From the NCBI GenBank assembly GCA_018673915.1, contig JABHBK010000059.1, forward strand, positions 34,603 to 98,602: a DNA stretch of 64,000 nucleotides. Reading direction: 5' to 3'. Under the pieces are notes generated by a model. That model was not told the DNA's origin and ran no database searches. It saw nothing but the letters and a program-made list of their open reading frames with translations. How positions within the stretch are numbered: position 1 is the stretch's first letter; every line of letters starts with the position of its first letter. Source of the DNA: Nitrospina sp. (GTDB taxonomy: Bacteria > Nitrospinota > Nitrospinia > Nitrospinales > VA-1). Position numbers and translations under genes: made by a program. Below, one piece after another: positions 62,714-64,000 of the stretch.

Positions 62714-63049
62714 TCATCGTTCATCGCCCCCACGACCAGTGGTGAAAAATTGTTGAATTTGTGCGCCCATGAATCCGGCAATGGCACCTCCGCTTCCTGC
62801 GGCAATGATCAATATATCTCGGTCTCCAGTGCGGTAGCCCAAAAAGGCCCCTAGCAAAACTCCCAGGCAGACAATGACCATAAATAATCGACCCCCCAGC
62901 CAGCCGATAAATCCACCTACCACCAAACCCAAAATACCGGCAATGGTCATTAAAAGCGGACTGTGCACCACCCATCCCATAGCCAGGCCGGTCATACCCA
63001 TCAACCCCATTCCCAGGAAAATTTCACTTTTGTTTTGCAATTTAGGCAT
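62714..63049 (-). CDS. Glycine-zipper-type small membrane protein (hypothetical)
   Basis: 111 aa with 3-4 Gly-rich TM segments (GILGLVVGGFIGWLGG, AAGSGGAIAGFMGA). Confidence 0.5.
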   Translation of the reverse strand: MPKLQNKSEIFLGMGLMGMTGLAMGWVVHSPLLMTIAGILGLVVGGFIGWLGGRLFMVIVCLGVLLGAFLGYRTGDRDILIIAAGSGGAIAGFMGAQIQQFFTTGRGGDER

Positions 63050-63099
63050 ACAAGCTTTTCTAAAAATGAAAAATTAGTCACTTATGCTAAAGTTGGACC

Positions 63100-63945
63100 A
63101 TGAAAGCCATCATAGCAAATTTGCTCACCGTCTTTTTGTTTATCCCTCATCCCGCCCAAGCATTTCGCATTAACGCCTTAAAGGCCCCTGCAAGTTTTAT
63201 TGTTGACCCGGCTTTAGGAAATTATTTCATCTCCAACATCAACGGCAATCCGGCGAGCCGAGACAATAATGGGTTCATCGTAAAGTTCGACTCATCTGGA
63301 AAAACCCTGCTTGTGATCCGCGGAGAAGATCCACAAGTGACTCTGCATGCTCCCGATGGACTGGCCCTTCATGGCGACATCCTTTATGTGACAGACATCC
63401 ATTCATTGCGCTGGTTTGACAAGAATAACGGGAAAACACTGGGCCATATTGATTTGACCGGAATCGGGGCGAAGCGATTGAAAGATTTAACATTCGATAG
63501 CGAGGGCAACCTCTACATCTCCGATATTTTTGCGAACGCCATTTACAAGGTTGCCACCAAGGACAACCACAAAGTTTCTGTTTTCAAAAAAGATAATCAG
63601 CTGGGCAATCCCAGTGGAATTATATATGACTCTATACGCCAGCGATTGATTGTAGTGGCTCGGGCTACAGGAAAAATTTTGGGGATTGGGTTGGATGGAA
63701 AGATCGCACAAATCCTCCGTACGAAAACAATATTCAAAAATCTAAATGGAGTGGATTGGGACCGGGAGGGGAACTTGCTGGTGTCCGATGAAGCAGAAGG
63801 AAAAATTTACAGGATCCATAATTTTTCCCGGGTAGAAATTGTCAGGGGAAATATTCTGACTCCGGCAAATATCTCTTTTGACTATGCCCGCAACCTTATT
63901 CTGGTGCCCTCCTCAAAGGGCAACCTGGCTTTCACGATTCCCTAA
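63100..63945 (+). CDS. Secreted NHL/SMP-30-like beta-propeller repeat protein
   Basis: 281 aa with a signal peptide ..HPAQA. Repeated motifs of the form hydrophobic-SD-x-x-x-x-I/Y-K/R-V/I are present (YVTDIHSLRWF, YISDIFANAIYKV, LVSDEAEGKIYRI). Confidence 0.5.
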   Translation: MKAIIANLLTVFLFIPHPAQAFRINALKAPASFIVDPALGNYFISNINGNPASRDNNGFIVKFDSSGKTLLVIRGEDPQVTLHAPDGLALHGDILYVTDIHSLRWFDKNNGKTLGHIDLTGIGAKRLKDLTFDSEGNLYISDIFANAIYKVATKDNHKVSVFKKDNQLGNPSGIIYDSIRQRLIVVARATGKILGIGLDGKIAQILRTKTIFKNLNGVDWDREGNLLVSDEAEGKIYRIHNFSRVEIVRGNILTPANISFDYARNLILVPSSKGNLAFTIP

Positions 63946-63952
63946 AAAAAAA

Positions 63953-63983
63953 TCCCCCTGCCGCTTCAAGAAACGGAGGGGGA
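63953..63983 (+). terminator. Hairpin downstream of the beta-propeller gene
   Basis: TCCCCCT-g-CCG ... CGG-AGGGGGA (7+3 bp with one bulge), 8 nt after the stop. A T-run appears only 13 nt later. Confidence 0.35.
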
Positions 63984-64000
63984 CAAACAGCAATTTTTTA

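Noticed and set aside
1-64000. Searched for mobile elements, prophage genes, CRISPR arrays, defence-system hallmarks (nucleases, reverse transcriptases, STAND NTPases, toxin-antitoxin pairs), tRNA/rRNA genes, and selenocysteine-type in-frame TGA splits.
   Set aside because: No ORF product shows integrase, transposase, RT or Cas motifs. No regularly spaced direct repeats are present. I could not recognise any tRNA-like cloverleaf in the intergenic gaps. No same-family ORF pair is separated by an in-frame TGA.

Overview
This is a 64-kb bacterial chromosomal window from a diderm organism: Tol-Pal, BamE-like, SurA-like and lipoprotein signals are all present. It is moderately AT-rich by eye and almost fully coding. 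I call about 69 CDS. I found no rRNA, tRNA, CRISPR array, IS element, integrase or phage genes. All protein calls come from motif and family recognition on the supplied translations. No database search was run.

Layout:
- 0.2-8.5 kb is housekeeping: rodA, RNase G, a NarK-type nitrate/nitrite MFS transporter, ychF, a 2-hydroxyacid dehydrogenase and a B12-radical SAM protein.
- 8.5-14.8 kb is a minus-strand phosphorelay block. It holds an HDOD response regulator, a PAS kinase, a REC-kinase hybrid, a duplicated stand-alone REC and an NtrC-type activator.
- 15-32.6 kb is housekeeping again: queE, mutY, a CDF transporter, a bacterial deoxyhypusine-synthase homologue, bcp, ispD, radA, tolQ-tolR-tolA-tolB-pal, efp and ettA.
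- 32.7-44.9 kb is the most unusual part. It is a 12-kb block on a single strand with six c-type cytochrome genes (two duplicated monoheme subfamilies plus a triheme protein). It also holds a secreted DUF1264/OBAP-like protein, a split YeeE/YedE sulfur-transporter pair and a DUF2892 protein. Three two-component systems and a DUF1566 protein are interleaved with these genes.
- 45-52 kb holds a NeuB-like synthase, a methyltransferase and a flippase. These lie divergent from a 92-aa protein and a radical SAM/SPASM enzyme.
- 52-64 kb holds maf, a translationally coupled Zn-ribbon / FGE-like / MFS trio, a SurA-like PPIase, a BON lipoprotein, priA, dedA, cutA, and msrP without msrQ.

Observations made directly on the nucleotide sequence:
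- A tandem duplication of a REC module that includes its leader.
- A dispersed family of short intergenic boxes and composite repeats that bracket the parvulin gene and the DHS gene.
- An orphan terminator-like hairpin that may mark an sRNA.
- A 26-nt box shared upstream of maf and priA.
- An unannotated 57-codon lysine-rich ORF with a strong Shine-Dalgarno (SD) sequence.
- Two signal peptides broken at homopolymer runs, which could be assembly errors or genuine slippage.

I did not recognise a known defence or mobile system. The candidate novel system is the cytochrome/sulfur-transport block. Its function is inference only.
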